From an uncultured Gemmatimonadales bacterium (GTDB lineage: Bacteria; Gemmatimonadota; Gemmatimonadetes; Gemmatimonadales; GWC2-71-9), in NCBI GenBank assembly GCA_963739455.1, contig CAVUAK010000001.1, positions 320,001 to 384,000 on the forward strand: a stretch of DNA of 64,000 nt, read 5' to 3'. The position numbers and the translations under genes were made by a program. Positions 33,869-46,724 of the stretch are shown here, piece by piece; within the stretch, counting starts at the first letter, position 1, and the number at the start of each line of letters is the position of its first letter. Under the pieces are notes generated by a model. That model saw only the letters and a list, made by a program, of their open reading frames with translations. It made no database searches and was not told where the DNA came from.

Positions 33869-36136
33869 ACCCGGCGGCGGCCCAGCACCGCCTCGAGCCG
33901 CGCCGAGAGCGCGCGGGCGCGGAAGGGCTTGGTCAGGAAGTCGTCGGCACCCATCTGGAAGACACGCACTTCGTTGTCCTCGTCACCCTTGGCCGTGAGC
34001 ACGATCACCGGGATCTGGCTGGTGGACGGCCGCGACCGGAGCCGCTGCAGCACGCCGTACCCGTCGATGCCGGGCAGGTTGAGGTCGAGCATGATCAGGT
34101 CGGGCGCGCTCCGGTCCACCTCATCCAGCGCCTGCGCACCGTCGCGCGCCTCAGCCACCTTGTAGCCCTCGCGCTCGAGCAGGTCCTTCATCACCCGGCG
34201 CAGCTGGTCCTCGTCTTCCACCAGCAGCACCATGCGGCCCTTGCCGCGGCCGGCCCACCGGGTCGTCGATGACCGGCGTGATCGCATCGTCCAGCAGCTC
34301 GAAGGAGAGGTCCACCCCCGGTCGCCGCCGGGCGGCGCCAGCGTGGCGACGCCGTTGCTGGCCGGCTCGACCGGCGGCATCGCCGGCTGCTGGCCGGACA
34401 CCCGGAACGGCGCCGGCGTCGGCACCCGGCCGATGCCGAAGCCGCCGGCCCGGTCGTCGTGCGGCACGTCGGTGACGCGGAGCAGCTCCTCCATGCGTCG
34501 TCTCGCCGTTGAGCACATGCACCAGGCCGCTCTCCCACAGCGACTTCATCCCCGAGTGACGCGCCGCCTCGGCGATCTTGTCGGCCGTGGCGCCGGCACC
34601 GATGCGCCGCTCGATCTCGGGATTCATCGTCAGCACCTCGACGATGCTGAAGCGGCCGCGGTAGCCCGTCATGGCGCAGTCGGGGCAGCCCACCGAGCGG
34701 TACAGCACCGCGCCCTCGGGGATGTAGCGCTTGATCCGGGTCGGCACCGCGTCGCGCGCTTCCTGCCGGCAGAGCGGGCAGAGGCGGCGCATCAGCCGCT
34801 GCGCGACGACGCCGCGCAGCGCGGTGGCGATCTTGTACGCCTCCATGCCCATGTCCACGAGGCGCGTCACCGCGTTCGGCGCGTCGTTGGTGTGGAGCGT
34901 GGAGAGCACCAGGTGGCCCGTGAGCGACGCCTGCACCGCGATCTGCGCCGTCTCGTGGTCGCGAATTTCGCCGACCAGCACCACGTCGGGGTCCTGCCGC
35001 AGGATCGAGCGCAGCGCCGTCGCGAACGTCAGCCCCGCCTTCTCGTTGACCTGCACCTGCACGATGTTCTCGCCCAGCCGGTACTCGACCGGGTCCTCGA
35101 CCGTGACGATGTTGACGCCCTCGCTCTGCACCATGCGGAGCGCGGAGTACAGCGTCGTCGTCTTGCCCGAGCCCGTCGGGCCGGTGACGAGGATGATGCC
35201 TTCCTTGTTCGTCAGCAGCTTCCCGATCTGCTCCCGCTCGTCCTCGGACATGCCGAGCGAGTCGAGCGACAGCACCGTCGCCTTGGCGTTCAGGATCCGG
35301 ATGACGACCTTCTCGCCGTGCGTCGCCGGCAGCGTCGAGATGCGCAGGTCGACCGGCGAGCCGTTCACCGAGACACGGGCGCGCCCGTCCTGCGGCCGGC
35401 GCCGGTCGGCGATGTCGAGCCCGGACATGATCTTGATGCGGGAGATGAGCGGCACGCCGGCGCTGCGCGGGATCTTCATGACCTGCCGCAGCACGCCGTC
35501 GATGCGGTAGCGCACCACGACGCCACCCTCCACCGGCTCGACGTGCACGTCGCTCGCCCGGCTGGAGATGCCGTCGGCCAGCATCATGTCCACCAGCCGC
35601 ACGATCGGCGCGGTGCTCGCCTCTTCCGCCGAGGCGGCGACGTCGGCCGGTTCGTCCTCGAGCTGTACGTCCGCATCCTCGAGGCCGCCCAGGATCTTGT
35701 GCACCGCCTCGTCGGCGCCGCCATAGAGCATCTCGGCGCGCTCGCGGATCTTCGACGGCGACGCCAGCAGCATGCGCACTTCGCGTCCTGTCGCGAACGC
35801 GAGCATCTTCTCGGCGTCGATGTCGAATGGATTGGCGGTGGCGACTTCGAGGAAGGAATCCGTCATCCGGAGCGGCAGCACGTTGAAGCGCCGCACCAGG
35901 TTTTCCGGCAGGTTCTCGCGCACCCTGACGTCGAGCACCCCAATTTCCGCCACCGGCAGGCGGAAGCGCTTGGCGATCGCCGCCAGGATCAGGTCGTCCG
36001 TCGTCAGCCGACGCTGGACCAATTGCTCCCAGAGGGACACCGTCGCCATCCCGGATTCCGACCGGACGGCATCGATGGCACCCTCAGGCAAAAGGACCTG
36101 AACCGTGGCAACCAGCCACTCGTCGTTGAACGCCAT
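33865..36136 (-). CDS. GspE/PilB family ATPase with C-terminal receiver domain (frameshifts ~34250-34500)
   Basis: ASDVHVEP, PQDGR, GPTGSGKT, LRQDPD, TLHTND; REC LLVEDE...LDLNLP...DFLTKP. Confidence 0.85.
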
Positions 36137-36292
36137 GAACTCCTGACTCGCCAGTGAAGCCTGCGACCCTGACTGAAGCTAACTATACCTCCCGCAAGAC
36201 CATAGCGGCGTGCAGGGTGCCTTCAGGGGCCCCCGTGGCTTGCTGCCCGGGCGCGCCCGCCGGTACCTTCCCGCCCTCCCCACAGCCACCTC

Positions 36293-36904
36293 ATGACACG
36301 ACTCCGCGGGCATCTTAGCAGGACGCGTTCCAATGCCCGGGGATGGGCCACCCTGGCACTGGCCCTGGCCGCGGCCTGCGGGGGACGGCGCGGCGTCAAC
36401 ACCTCCTCCCGCCCTGAGGAGACTGTCGAACGCACCCTGGCGCAGTCCGACGTGTGGGTCCTGGAGGCCGGAGGCACCCCGCCCGACGACACCACCCTCA
36501 CGCTCATCGCCGGCCAGGCCCGGGTGGTCGTGCTGCGCAACGGTGCCCCCGACCTCGCCACCTTTGCGGTCCTGATCTTTCCCGACAGCGCACTCAAGGC
36601 CGAGGCCGGCACCCCGGTGGAGCTGACGCTGCATGTGCGCCCCGGCGTCTACGGCCTCGATATCGACTGCAAGGCCGAGACGGTGGGTGCCCGCATCATG
36701 TTCAAGTATGCTCGCCACTTCGAGGCACCTATCGAGGCATACAAGAAGTACGGCAGCAACGAGGCTTTCGAGCGGCAACTCGCCATCGGGCGGCTCAATG
36801 GCGACAGCACGATGCTCCTGCTCGCCACCCGGCGCCCCAACCAGGACAACCTGAGCGCGCTGATCAAGGGCAACGGCGCCTACGTGGTGGCGGGCCCCCG
36901 ATGA
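36293..36904 (+). CDS. Hypothetical lipoprotein
   Basis: Lipobox AAAC; ATGA overlap with trpE. Confidence 0.7.
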   Translation: MTRLRGHLSRTRSNARGWATLALALAAACGGRRGVNTSSRPEETVERTLAQSDVWVLEAGGTPPDDTTLTLIAGQARVVVLRNGAPDLATFAVLIFPDSALKAEAGTPVELTLHVRPGVYGLDIDCKAETVGARIMFKYARHFEAPIEAYKKYGSNEAFERQLAIGRLNGDSTMLLLATRRPNQDNLSALIKGNGAYVVAGPR

Positions 36905-38392
36905 AGAGTCGCTTCGAGGACTTCGCCGAGCGCGCCGCGCGGGGTGGCATCGTCCCCGTCACCCGCGAAGTGGTGCTCGACGGCGATACGCCCGTATCGG
37001 CCTTCCAGAAACTCCACCGCGGCCGCTACGGTTTCCTCCTGGAATCACTCGAGGGTGGCGAGCGCTGGGCCCGGTACACCTTCCTCGCCACTGACCCGCG
37101 GGAAGTGTTCGAGTACCGCGACGGTGGCGTTCGTCGCTGGTCGGCGGCCGGAGGGTGGGGCCCCCTCACCCCTCACCCCTCACCCCTCACCCATCTGGGC
37201 GAGGTCATGCGCGCCCATCCGCCCGCCCATGTGCCGGGATTGCCACGCTTCACCGGCGGTGCCGTCGGGTTCATGGGCTACGACGTGGTGCGCACGCTCG
37301 AGAGCTTGCCCGATGCCCCGCCCGACGACCGCGACCTGCCCGACGCGCTCTTCATGGTGGTCGACACTCTCCTGGTGCTCGACAACATCTACAATCGCGC
37401 CACCGTCATTGCCTCCGTCGAAGTGACGCCCGGTGCCGATGCCGCAACGCTGAGGCAGGGCTTTGACGACGCCGAGGCGCGCATTGACCTCTGGCTCAGC
37501 CGCCTCGAGTCGCCCAGCCAGGTGCAGCCCCTCGCCATGGAGCCGGTGGCGATGCCCCGCTCCACGTCGCCCTACCCCGACGACACCTTTCGCGCCGACG
37601 TCTCGCGCATCAAGGAGTACATCGCGGCCGGTGACATCTTCCAGGCGGTGCTCTCGCGGCGCATCGACCTCCCCGCGCCGCCACCATTTCTCGCCTATCG
37701 GTATCTCCGGGCACTCAACCCGGCGCCGTACCTTTACTACCTGCAGTTTGACGATATCTGCATCGTGGGCAGCTCCCCCGAGGTGCTGGTGCGCGTGGAG
37801 GACGGCGAGGTGGTCGTCCGGCCCATTGCCGGCACCCGGCCCGCGGGGCGCCACGCCGGAGGACGACGCCGCCATGGAGGCGGAGCTCGTCGCCGACCCG
37901 AAGGAACGGGCCGAGCACCTCATGCTGGTGGACCTGGGGCGCAACGACGTCGGCCGGGTGGCCGAGTACGGCACCGTACGCCTTACCACCTTCATGACGG
38001 TGGAGCGATACTCTCACGTCATGCACCTCGTCAGCGAAGTGCGGGGACGCCTCCGCCCCGGTATCGACGCCCTCGCGGCACTCGGCGCCTGCTTCCCCGC
38101 AGGCACGGTGAGCGGCGCCCCCAAGGTGCGGGCGATGGAGGTCATCGATGAACTGGAGCCCACCCGTCGCGGTCCCTATGCCGGCGCCGTCGGCTATGTC
38201 AGCTGGGGCGCGCTCACCCTCGATACCGCGATCGCCATCCGCACCTGCGTCATGAAGGACGGGCGCGCCTGGGTGCAGGCCGGTGCCGGCGTGGTCGCCG
38301 ACTCCGATCCGATGACCGAGTGGCGCGAGACGGAGGCGAAGGCGCGCGCCGTGCTTACCGCCCTCGCACTCGCCGCCCGGGGTCACGCATGA
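36901..38392 (+). CDS. trpE: Anthranilate synthase component I (frameshift ~37840)
   Basis: [45 protein letters not shown]. Confidence 0.93.
37165..37192. repeat. (CTCACCC)x4 inside trpE
   Basis: Perfect array encoding LTPHPSPLT. Confidence 0.9.
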
Positions 38393-39967
38393 GCGAGACG
38401 GTCTTTCGCTTGATCCGCACCAACGGCCCCGAGGCGTTCGAGCTCGCGGCCGGCAACTCGTACGTCCTCGGCCGCGGCCCCTCGAGCGACTTCCCGGTGG
38501 CCGACCCCACCATCTCCCGGCGTCACGCCGAGCTCCGCGTGGAGTCCGATGCACTGGAGATCGTCGACCTCGGCAGCAGCAACGGCACCCAGGTCAATGG
38601 CAACAAGATCGCGCGCGGGCGTGCCGCGGCCTTCGATACGCTGACCTTCGGGCGCGCCACCTTCCGCGTCGAGCCGCTGGAGACGGGTCCCCGCTCGGCC
38701 GGCGGCACCATCGTGCGCCAGGTCAGGGTCGAGGGTGGACGCGACGCCTTCGCGCACCTCGATGCTCACTCCGAGCGAAGCCTGCTCAAGCTCGGTGACG
38801 CCGATGCCGCCGCGCGGCAGGCCCGCAAGCTCGAGCTGCTGCTCGATCTTTCCCAGCGCCTCTCGGGCGAGCTCGATCACGAGCGCCTGCTCGAGACGAT
38901 CGTGCACACCGCGTTCGAGGTGCTCGCGGTGGATCGGGTCGCCATCCTCCTGCTCGACGTGGCGAGTGGCAAGCTCGTGCCCCGCATGAGCCGGAGCCGC
39001 ATCGGCAACCTGCCCGCAGAAGCGGTGCCCCGCTCCATCGTCGACACCGTCGTCGCCGGCCGCGTGGCCGTGCTCTCCGACAATGCAGTCGCCGACAGCC
39101 GCTTCAGCGGACAGTCGATCCTGCGCCAGAGCGTGCGCAGCGCCATGTGCACACCCCTCATGGCCAGCGCGGAGCAGGTGCTCGGCATTCTCTACGTCGA
39201 CAGCGTCACCGCCACCAACTCGTTCAGCGACGAGGATCTCCAGTTCCTCATCGCGTTCGGTGGTATCGCGGCCGCCGGGCATCCGCGCCAGCATGCAGGC
39301 CGACGAGCTGCAGGAGCAGGCCATCGTGCGCGGCAGTTTCGAGCGCTACTTCGCGCCCGGGGTGGCCGCCGAGATCGCGCGCACCGCCGGCGCGACGCAG
39401 CTGGGTGGCGAGCGCCGCAAGATCGCCGTGCTGTTCAGCGACGTGCGCGGCTTCACCCGTCTCGCCGAGGGCATGACCCCCGAGGCCCTGGCCAAGCTCC
39501 TCTCCGAGTACTTCACGGAGATGGTCGAGGTGGTGTTCGAGCACGGCGGCACCCTCGACAAGTTTGTCGGCGATGCCATCATGGCCCTGTGGGGTGCACC
39601 CCAGGCGCAGGACGACGCCCCCGATCGCGCCGTGCGCGCCGCGCTCGCCATGCAGGAGGCGCTGGCACACCTGAACGCCCGCTGGCTCGCGGCCGGGCGG
39701 CCCGCACTCGGCGTGGGCATCGGCATCAATTTCGGTGAGGTATTTGTCGGCAACATCGGCAGCCACCGCCGGCTGGAATACACCGTGCTCGGCGACGTCG
39801 TGAACGTCGCGGCGCGCCTCTGCGCCGAGGCGGGAGCCGGGGAGATTCTCGTGGCTGATGGGGTTCGCGCAGCGACCTACGGCGGATGGAACTACGACGC
39901 GCTGGAGCCGATGGCCCTCAGCGGACGGGAGGAGAAGGTGAACGTCTTTCGGGTGGTTTCATCCTGA
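38389..39967 (+). CDS. FHA-GAF-class III adenylate/guanylate cyclase (frameshift ~39278)
   Basis: FHA GR...SRRHA...[35 protein letters not shown]. Confidence 0.9.
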
Positions 39968-39982
39968 GCGCAGCGAAGGATC
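39959..39982. repeat. REP-like palindrome TCATCCTGAGCGCAGCGAAGGATC
   Basis: atcct...aggat stem; resembles GTCATCCTGAGCGNAGCGAAGGATC-type REPs from memory. Confidence 0.55.
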
Positions 39983-39989
39983 GCCCTGC

Positions 39990-40436
39990 TTGCGCATAGT
40001 CCTCCAGCGCGTCTCGAGCGCCTCGGTCACGATCGACGGCGAGGTGACTGGCGCAATCGGCACCGGCTTCTGCCTCCTGGCTGGCTATGCCCCCGATGAC
40101 ACTCCCGATGTCGTGTCATGGCTCGCCGAGAAAGTCGCCGGCCTTCGCCTCTTCAGCGATGCCGATGGCAAGATGAACCTCGGCCTCACCGATGTCGGCG
40201 GCGCGGTCCTCGTCATCTCCCAGTTCACGCTCTACGGCGATGCCTCGAAGGGCCGTCGTCCCTCCTTCATCGCCGCCGCGCGCCCGGAGATCGCCATTCC
40301 GCTGCACGATCAGTTCATCGCTGAACTTCGCGCCAGCGGCCTCACCGTTGCCACCGGGCGCTTTGGCGCCGACATGAAGGTGGCGCTCGTCAACGACGGT
40401 CCCGTCACCCTGATCCTCGAGCGCAACGCCGCATGA
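39990..40436 (+). CDS. dtd: D-aminoacyl-tRNA deacylase
   Basis: QRVS, SQFTL, NDGPVT. Confidence 0.95.
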   Translation: MRIVLQRVSSASVTIDGEVTGAIGTGFCLLAGYAPDDTPDVVSWLAEKVAGLRLFSDADGKMNLGLTDVGGAVLVISQFTLYGDASKGRRPSFIAAARPEIAIPLHDQFIAELRASGLTVATGRFGADMKVALVNDGPVTLILERNAA

Positions 40437-41002
40437 TTCCACCCCTGGTGCTGGCGTCCGCATCGCCCCGTCGCAAGCAACTGCTGGAGATGCTCGGCAT
40501 TCCCTGCACCGTCGTTCCGTCCCGCGTCCCCGAGGTTCGCATCGCTGGGGAAAAGGCGATCCCCTACGCCGAGCGGCTGGCGCAATCAAAGGCCCTGAGC
40601 GTGGCGGGCGATCTCGTCCTCGCCGCTGACACGATCGTGGTCTCCGGGGACAGCATCCTGGAAAAGCCCGCCGATGAGACGGACGCGTTCCACATGCTCT
40701 CGCGGCTTCGCGGACACTCGCACAAGGTCGTCACAGCGGTGGCGCTTTCCCACATGCGCCAGCTCCGGCTCAGGACCGATGTCACCAAGGTCACCTTCCG
40801 GCACGTGTCCGATGATTTCATCCGCGCCTACATCGCCACCGGCGAACCGATGGACAAGGCCGGCGCCTACGGCATCCAGGGCTACGGCGCCGCCCTCGTC
40901 GAGAAGGTGGAGGGCGATTTCTTCGGGGTGATGGGCCTGCCGGTGCGGCTGGTGCTCGACCTCCTCGCCGAGGCCGGATTCGACTACACCTTCAGGTCCT
41001 AG
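40433..41002 (+). CDS. maf: Maf family NTP pyrophosphatase
   Basis: [28 protein letters not shown]. Confidence 0.95.
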   Translation: MIPPLVLASASPRRKQLLEMLGIPCTVVPSRVPEVRIAGEKAIPYAERLAQSKALSVAGDLVLAADTIVVSGDSILEKPADETDAFHMLSRLRGHSHKVVTAVALSHMRQLRLRTDVTKVTFRHVSDDFIRAYIATGEPMDKAGAYGIQGYGAALVEKVEGDFFGVMGLPVRLVLDLLAEAGFDYTFRS

Positions 41003-41011
41003 AACGAGAAA

Positions 41012-41035
41012 CGCTCCCGGCTTCAGCCGGGAGCG
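41012..41035. terminator. Hairpin between convergent maf and glmS
   Basis: cgctcccggc-ttca-gccgggagcg. Confidence 0.75.
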
Positions 41036-41063
41036 CCCGTTCCCTGTTTCCCTGTTTCCTGTC
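41036..41063. repeat. CCTGTTY-type array x~4
   Basis: cccgttc cctgtttc cctgttt cctgtc, abutting the glmS stop. Confidence 0.75.
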
Positions 41064-42890
<1,827 letters not shown>

Positions 42891-42903
42891 CGTTCACTCC
42901 TTC

Positions 42904-44280
42904 TCAAGCCAGCTCCCGCGCAGCGCCGACAAGTGACTCGGCGTCGGTCGCCGTTGGAGCCTCTGCGATGTAGCGGATGATCGGCTCCGTGCCCGATGGC
43001 CGAACGTGCAACCACCGATCGCGCCACGAAAGGCGAAGCCCATCCCGCTCGTCCGCGTCCGCATCAGGAAAGCGGCGCCGGAGCGCGTCGTACAGGGGGC
43101 GCAGTTCCGCCCCTCTCGGACCCTTCGCCTTCACGATCGTGTACCGTGGATGCTGACGGACCAGCTGGGACACCGGAACCCCAGACCCAGCCAGCATTTG
43201 CAAGATAAGGGCCACCCCCAGGGGGGCATCGCGGCCGATATGCAGCGCCGGCAGCATCACCCCGCCGTTGCCCTCCCCGCCGATCAGCGCCCCCTCATCC
43301 CGCATGGTACGAGCGACGTTAGCCTCACCCACCGGCGCCCGGACAAACCTCGCGCCGTAGTCCCGGGCGGCATCCTCGACGACAAGGCTGGTGGAAAGGT
43401 TCACCACCACTGTGGCTGGCTTCCCCGCCTTCCCCGCCCTCCCCGCCTTGTCCGCTTGGAGGACCGTCCTCACTGCGAACGCCAGCGTGTAGTCCTCCCC
43501 CGGCGCCGTTCCTGTCTCATCCACCAGGGCCAACCTGTCCACGTCCGGGTCGACGGCCATCCCGATGTCGGCCTTCGTTTCCCGGACCAGCTTGCCGAGC
43601 TCGACCAGGTTCTCCGGGATCGGCTCCGGCGCACGAGGGAAGCGGCCATCGGTCTCGAGGTTGATACCATGCACCTCGCATCCGAGTTGCTCGAGCAGCG
43701 CCGGAATCGACCGTCCCCCGGCTCCACGGACACAATCGAGCGCCACCCGGAACCGCCGGGCCCGGATCTTTTCGACGTCGATCATCGGCAGGCGAAGGAT
43801 GTGCGCGAAGTGCCGCTGCAGTGCCGAAGGGTCCTCGCGCACCACGCCGAGTCCCTCCCAGCCGTTCCTGACCGGGCCCTTCTCGGCCAGGGCGCGCACC
43901 GCGGCACCTGCGTCCCCATCCAGGAAGATCCCGTCGGGACCCACGAACTTGAGCGCGTTCCACTCGATCGGGTTGTGGCTCGCGGTGAGGATCAGACCCG
44001 CACCGGCGTGATGCTCCTCCACCGCCATCTGCACCGTCGGCGTCGGCACGATGCCAAGGTCGATGACGTCCACGCCCACCGACATCAGGCCGGCCGTGGC
44101 GGCATGCGCGAACATCGGCCCACTCGTTCGCGAGTCGCGCCCGAGTACCACCAGTGGCTTCCCCTGGCTTCGCGCCCAGGAACCCAGCGCCGCGGCGTGG
44201 CGGGTGACGAGTTCAGGCGTGAGGTCGGTTCCCACATGTCCACGCATTCCGGACACGCTGATCATGAGTGTTGATGACAT
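42904..44280 (-). CDS. glmM: Phosphoglucosamine mutase / phosphohexomutase
   Basis: TASHNP, DPDVDR, GGEGNG, RPSGTEP; adjacent to glmS. Confidence 0.88.
   Translation of the reverse strand: MSSTLMISVSGMRGHVGTDLTPELVTRHAAALGSWARSQGKPLVVLGRDSRTSGPMFAHAATAGLMSVGVDVIDLGIVPTPTVQMAVEEHHAGAGLILTASHNPIEWNALKFVGPDGIFLDGDAGAAVRALAEKGPVRNGWEGLGVVREDPSALQRHFAHILRLPMIDVEKIRARRFRVALDCVRGAGGRSIPALLEQLGCEVHGINLETDGRFPRAPEPIPENLVELGKLVRETKADIGMAVDPDVDRLALVDETGTAPGEDYTLAFAVRTVLQADKAGRAGKAGKPATVVVNLSTSLVVEDAARDYGARFVRAPVGEANVARTMRDEGALIGGEGNGGVMLPALHIGRDAPLGVALILQMLAGSGVPVSQLVRQHPRYTIVKAKGPRGAELRPLYDALRRRFPDADADERDGLRLSWRDRWLHVRPSGTEPIIRYIAEAPTATDAESLVGAARELA
43421..43456. repeat. (YTCCCCGCC)x3 plus degenerate unit inside glmM
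   Basis: Encodes ADKAGRAGKAGK in frame. Confidence 0.9.
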
Positions 44281-44312
44281 CGTTTCTCGGTGTAAGGTCG
44301 GGCTAGAATCTA

Positions 44313-44386
44313 GGCGGGTACGGCGGGTAAGGCGGGGAGGGGCGGGGAGGACACCCCACTTCCCCGCCTTCCCCGCCCTCCCCGCC
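44313..44386. repeat. Inverted pair of 9-mer arrays between divergent glmM and metB
   Basis: ggcgggtac ggcgggtaa ggcggggag g ggcggggag, ~10 nt spacer, ttccccgcc x2 ctccccgcc. Confidence 0.92.
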
Positions 44387-44421
44387 CTGACTAGGCTTCC
44401 CCCTCCTCAAGCCACCCGTCC

Positions 44422-45590
44422 ATGACCCAGATCCGCGACCACGACCTGACCCTCGGCTTTGCCACTCGAGCCGTGCACGCCGGCCAGCAGCCGGACCTCC
44501 TGTCCGGCGCCGTCATGACACCGATATACCAGACCTCGACCTATGCGCAGGAAGGCATTGGTCGTCACAAGGGCTACGAGTACGCGCGGACTCAGAACCC
44601 CACGCGCGAAGCGCTCGAGCGCAACATTGCCAGCCTCGAGGGTGGACAATTCGGCTTTGCGTTCGCGTCCGGCCTTGCGTCGCTCGATGCGATCCTCAAG
44701 CTCCTCAAGGCCGGTGATCATGTGATCTGCGGCGCCAACGTCTACGGCGGCTCGCATCGCCTCATGGAGCGGCTGTACACCAACTTCGGGCTGACGTTCA
44801 CCTTCGCCGACATGCGCGACATCAAGAATGTCGAACGCGCCATCACGCCCGCGACGCGACTCATCTTCGGCGAGACGCCCACCAACCCGATGATGCACCT
44901 CTCCGATCTCAGCGCGATCGGTGACGTGGCCCAATCGCATGGGCTTGTCTTTGCTGTGGACAATACATTCGCGACGCCCGTCTTCCAGCAGCCGCTCGGG
45001 CTGGGCGCGGATATCGTGCTCCACTCCACCACCAAGTACCTCAACGGTCATAGTGACATGATCGGGGGGATGCTCGTCGTCAATCGCGAGGATCTCGCCG
45101 AGCGGCTCGGCTTCATCCAGAACGCGTCGGGCGCCGTGCCAGGCCCGATGGATTGCTGGCTCTGCCTCCGCGGCACCAAGACGCTGCCGCTCCGCATGGC
45201 GCGTCACGATGCCAGCGGACGACAGATCGCGAAGTGGCTCACCGAGCGGAAGGACATCAGCACGGTCTACTATCCCGGCCTGCCCGATCCAACCCGCAGT
45301 TCGAGCTGGCGAAGCGGCAGATGAAGGGCTTCGGCGGCATGATCAGCTTCGACGTGAACGATGCGGCGCGCGCGCGCCGCGTCGCCGAGAAAGTGAAGAT
45401 CTTCGCGCTCGCCGAGTCACTCGGCGGGGTGGAGAGCCTTATCGGTCACCCGGCGTCCATGACCCACGCCGCCGTGCCGCAGGCGCAGCGCCTGGAAATG
45501 GGCCTCACCGACAGCCTGCTGCGATTGAGCGTTGGCGTGGAGGAAGTCGATGATCTGCTGGCGGATCTGGATCAGGCACTTCGGACGTGA
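44422..45590 (+). CDS. metB: Cystathionine gamma-synthase/gamma-lyase (frameshift ~45290)
   Basis: YARTQNPTR, ETPTNP, VDNTF, HSTTKY, AESLGGVESL. Confidence 0.88.
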
Positions 45591-45635
45591 AGACGTGATG
45601 TGGCAGTTACCTCACGTCTTCACGTCCTCACGTCT
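45583..45635. repeat. Inverted pair of 8-mer arrays (RGACGTGA x2 / TCACGTCY x3)
   Basis: Read directly; the metB stop lies in the first unit. Confidence 0.9.
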
Positions 45636-45707
45636 AATTGTACCATTTTGAAACGTTAGGGAACCTGATTATCGTACAGGCGCCTTCCCTGAATCGAGGT
45701 CAGTGCT

Positions 45708-46724
45708 ATGTCGTCGTCCATTCCCGTCGCCCGCTCGCGCCGCACCTTTCCCGGCATAGCCGCCGTCACCTGGGAGCACCCCGCCGACCGCGCGGCGCTC
45801 CAGGCCCTGCGCAGCGTGCCCGGCGCCGAGGAAGTCATCAAGAAGATCCTTGCCATGATCGGTGGCGAGCGCGGCATTCGCCTCCTGTTCCAGGGCAATG
45901 CCGTACGCGTCGGACCCGAGCAGTATCCGCGGATCTGGACCCTCCACACCGAGGTCTGCACCACCTTCGACTGGGACGTCGTGCCCGAGCTGTACGTCTC
46001 CCAGACGCCATTCGTGAACGCCGGTGCCTACGGCATCGACGAGCCGTTCATCGTCCTCAACTCGTCGGCCATCGAGCTCCTCACCGACGACGAGGTGCGC
46101 GTCCTCATCTCGCACGAGATGGGGCACGTCATGAGCGGCCATTCGCTCTACCGCACCATCGCGGCGATCCTGGCTCTCATCAGCCTCGGTGCACTCCCTG
46201 CCCTGGCAGGACTCGCCCTGCTGCCGGTCCGGCTCGCGTTCCTCGAGTGGTCCCGGAAGGCGGAGCTCTCCAGCGATCGCGCCGGCCTCGTTGGCAGCCA
46301 GGACATTCTCTCCACGCAGCGGCTCTTCATGAAGCTTGCGGGCGGCGGGCGGGGCGACCAGTTCGTGGGCCAGCTCAACGTCGATGCGTTCATTGCCCAG
46401 GCCAACGAGTACGCGACGTCCAACGAGGGCCTCGACATCGTCTACAAGGTGCTGGCTACGCTCGGCCTCACGCATCCGATGAGCACGGTGCGCGCCGGCG
46501 AGTTGCAGGCGTGGGTCGCCTCGGGAGACTACGAGCGCATCGTGCGCGGCGAGTACGTGCATCGCGGCGCTGAGGCGCGCGAGCGTCCGCTCAGGGACGA
46601 CTTCGCCGCGGCGGGCCGGCACTACGCCGCCGGCGCGCGCGACGTCGCGTCACAGGTGGCCGACGCCGCCAAGGGCGTGGCCGATCGGGTGGGAGAAGCG
46701 TTCCGGCAGGCCCAGAAGTCGTGA
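45708..46724 (+). CDS. M48 family metallopeptidase
   Basis: HEMGH, AELSSDRAG, THP. Confidence 0.9.
   Translation: MSSSIPVARSRRTFPGIAAVTWEHPADRAALQALRSVPGAEEVIKKILAMIGGERGIRLLFQGNAVRVGPEQYPRIWTLHTEVCTTFDWDVVPELYVSQTPFVNAGAYGIDEPFIVLNSSAIELLTDDEVRVLISHEMGHVMSGHSLYRTIAAILALISLGALPALAGLALLPVRLAFLEWSRKAELSSDRAGLVGSQDILSTQRLFMKLAGGGRGDQFVGQLNVDAFIAQANEYATSNEGLDIVYKVLATLGLTHPMSTVRAGELQAWVASGDYERIVRGEYVHRGAEARERPLRDDFAAAGRHYAAGARDVASQVADAAKGVADRVGEAFRQAQKS

Noticed and set aside
34232..36157. Long antisense ORFs (e.g. 641 aa here; 2228-3733; 20069-21709)
   Set aside because: Shadows of real genes caused by high-GC codon bias; no motifs
42891..42903. glmS ribozyme
   Set aside because: The glmM-glmS spacer is only 13 nt
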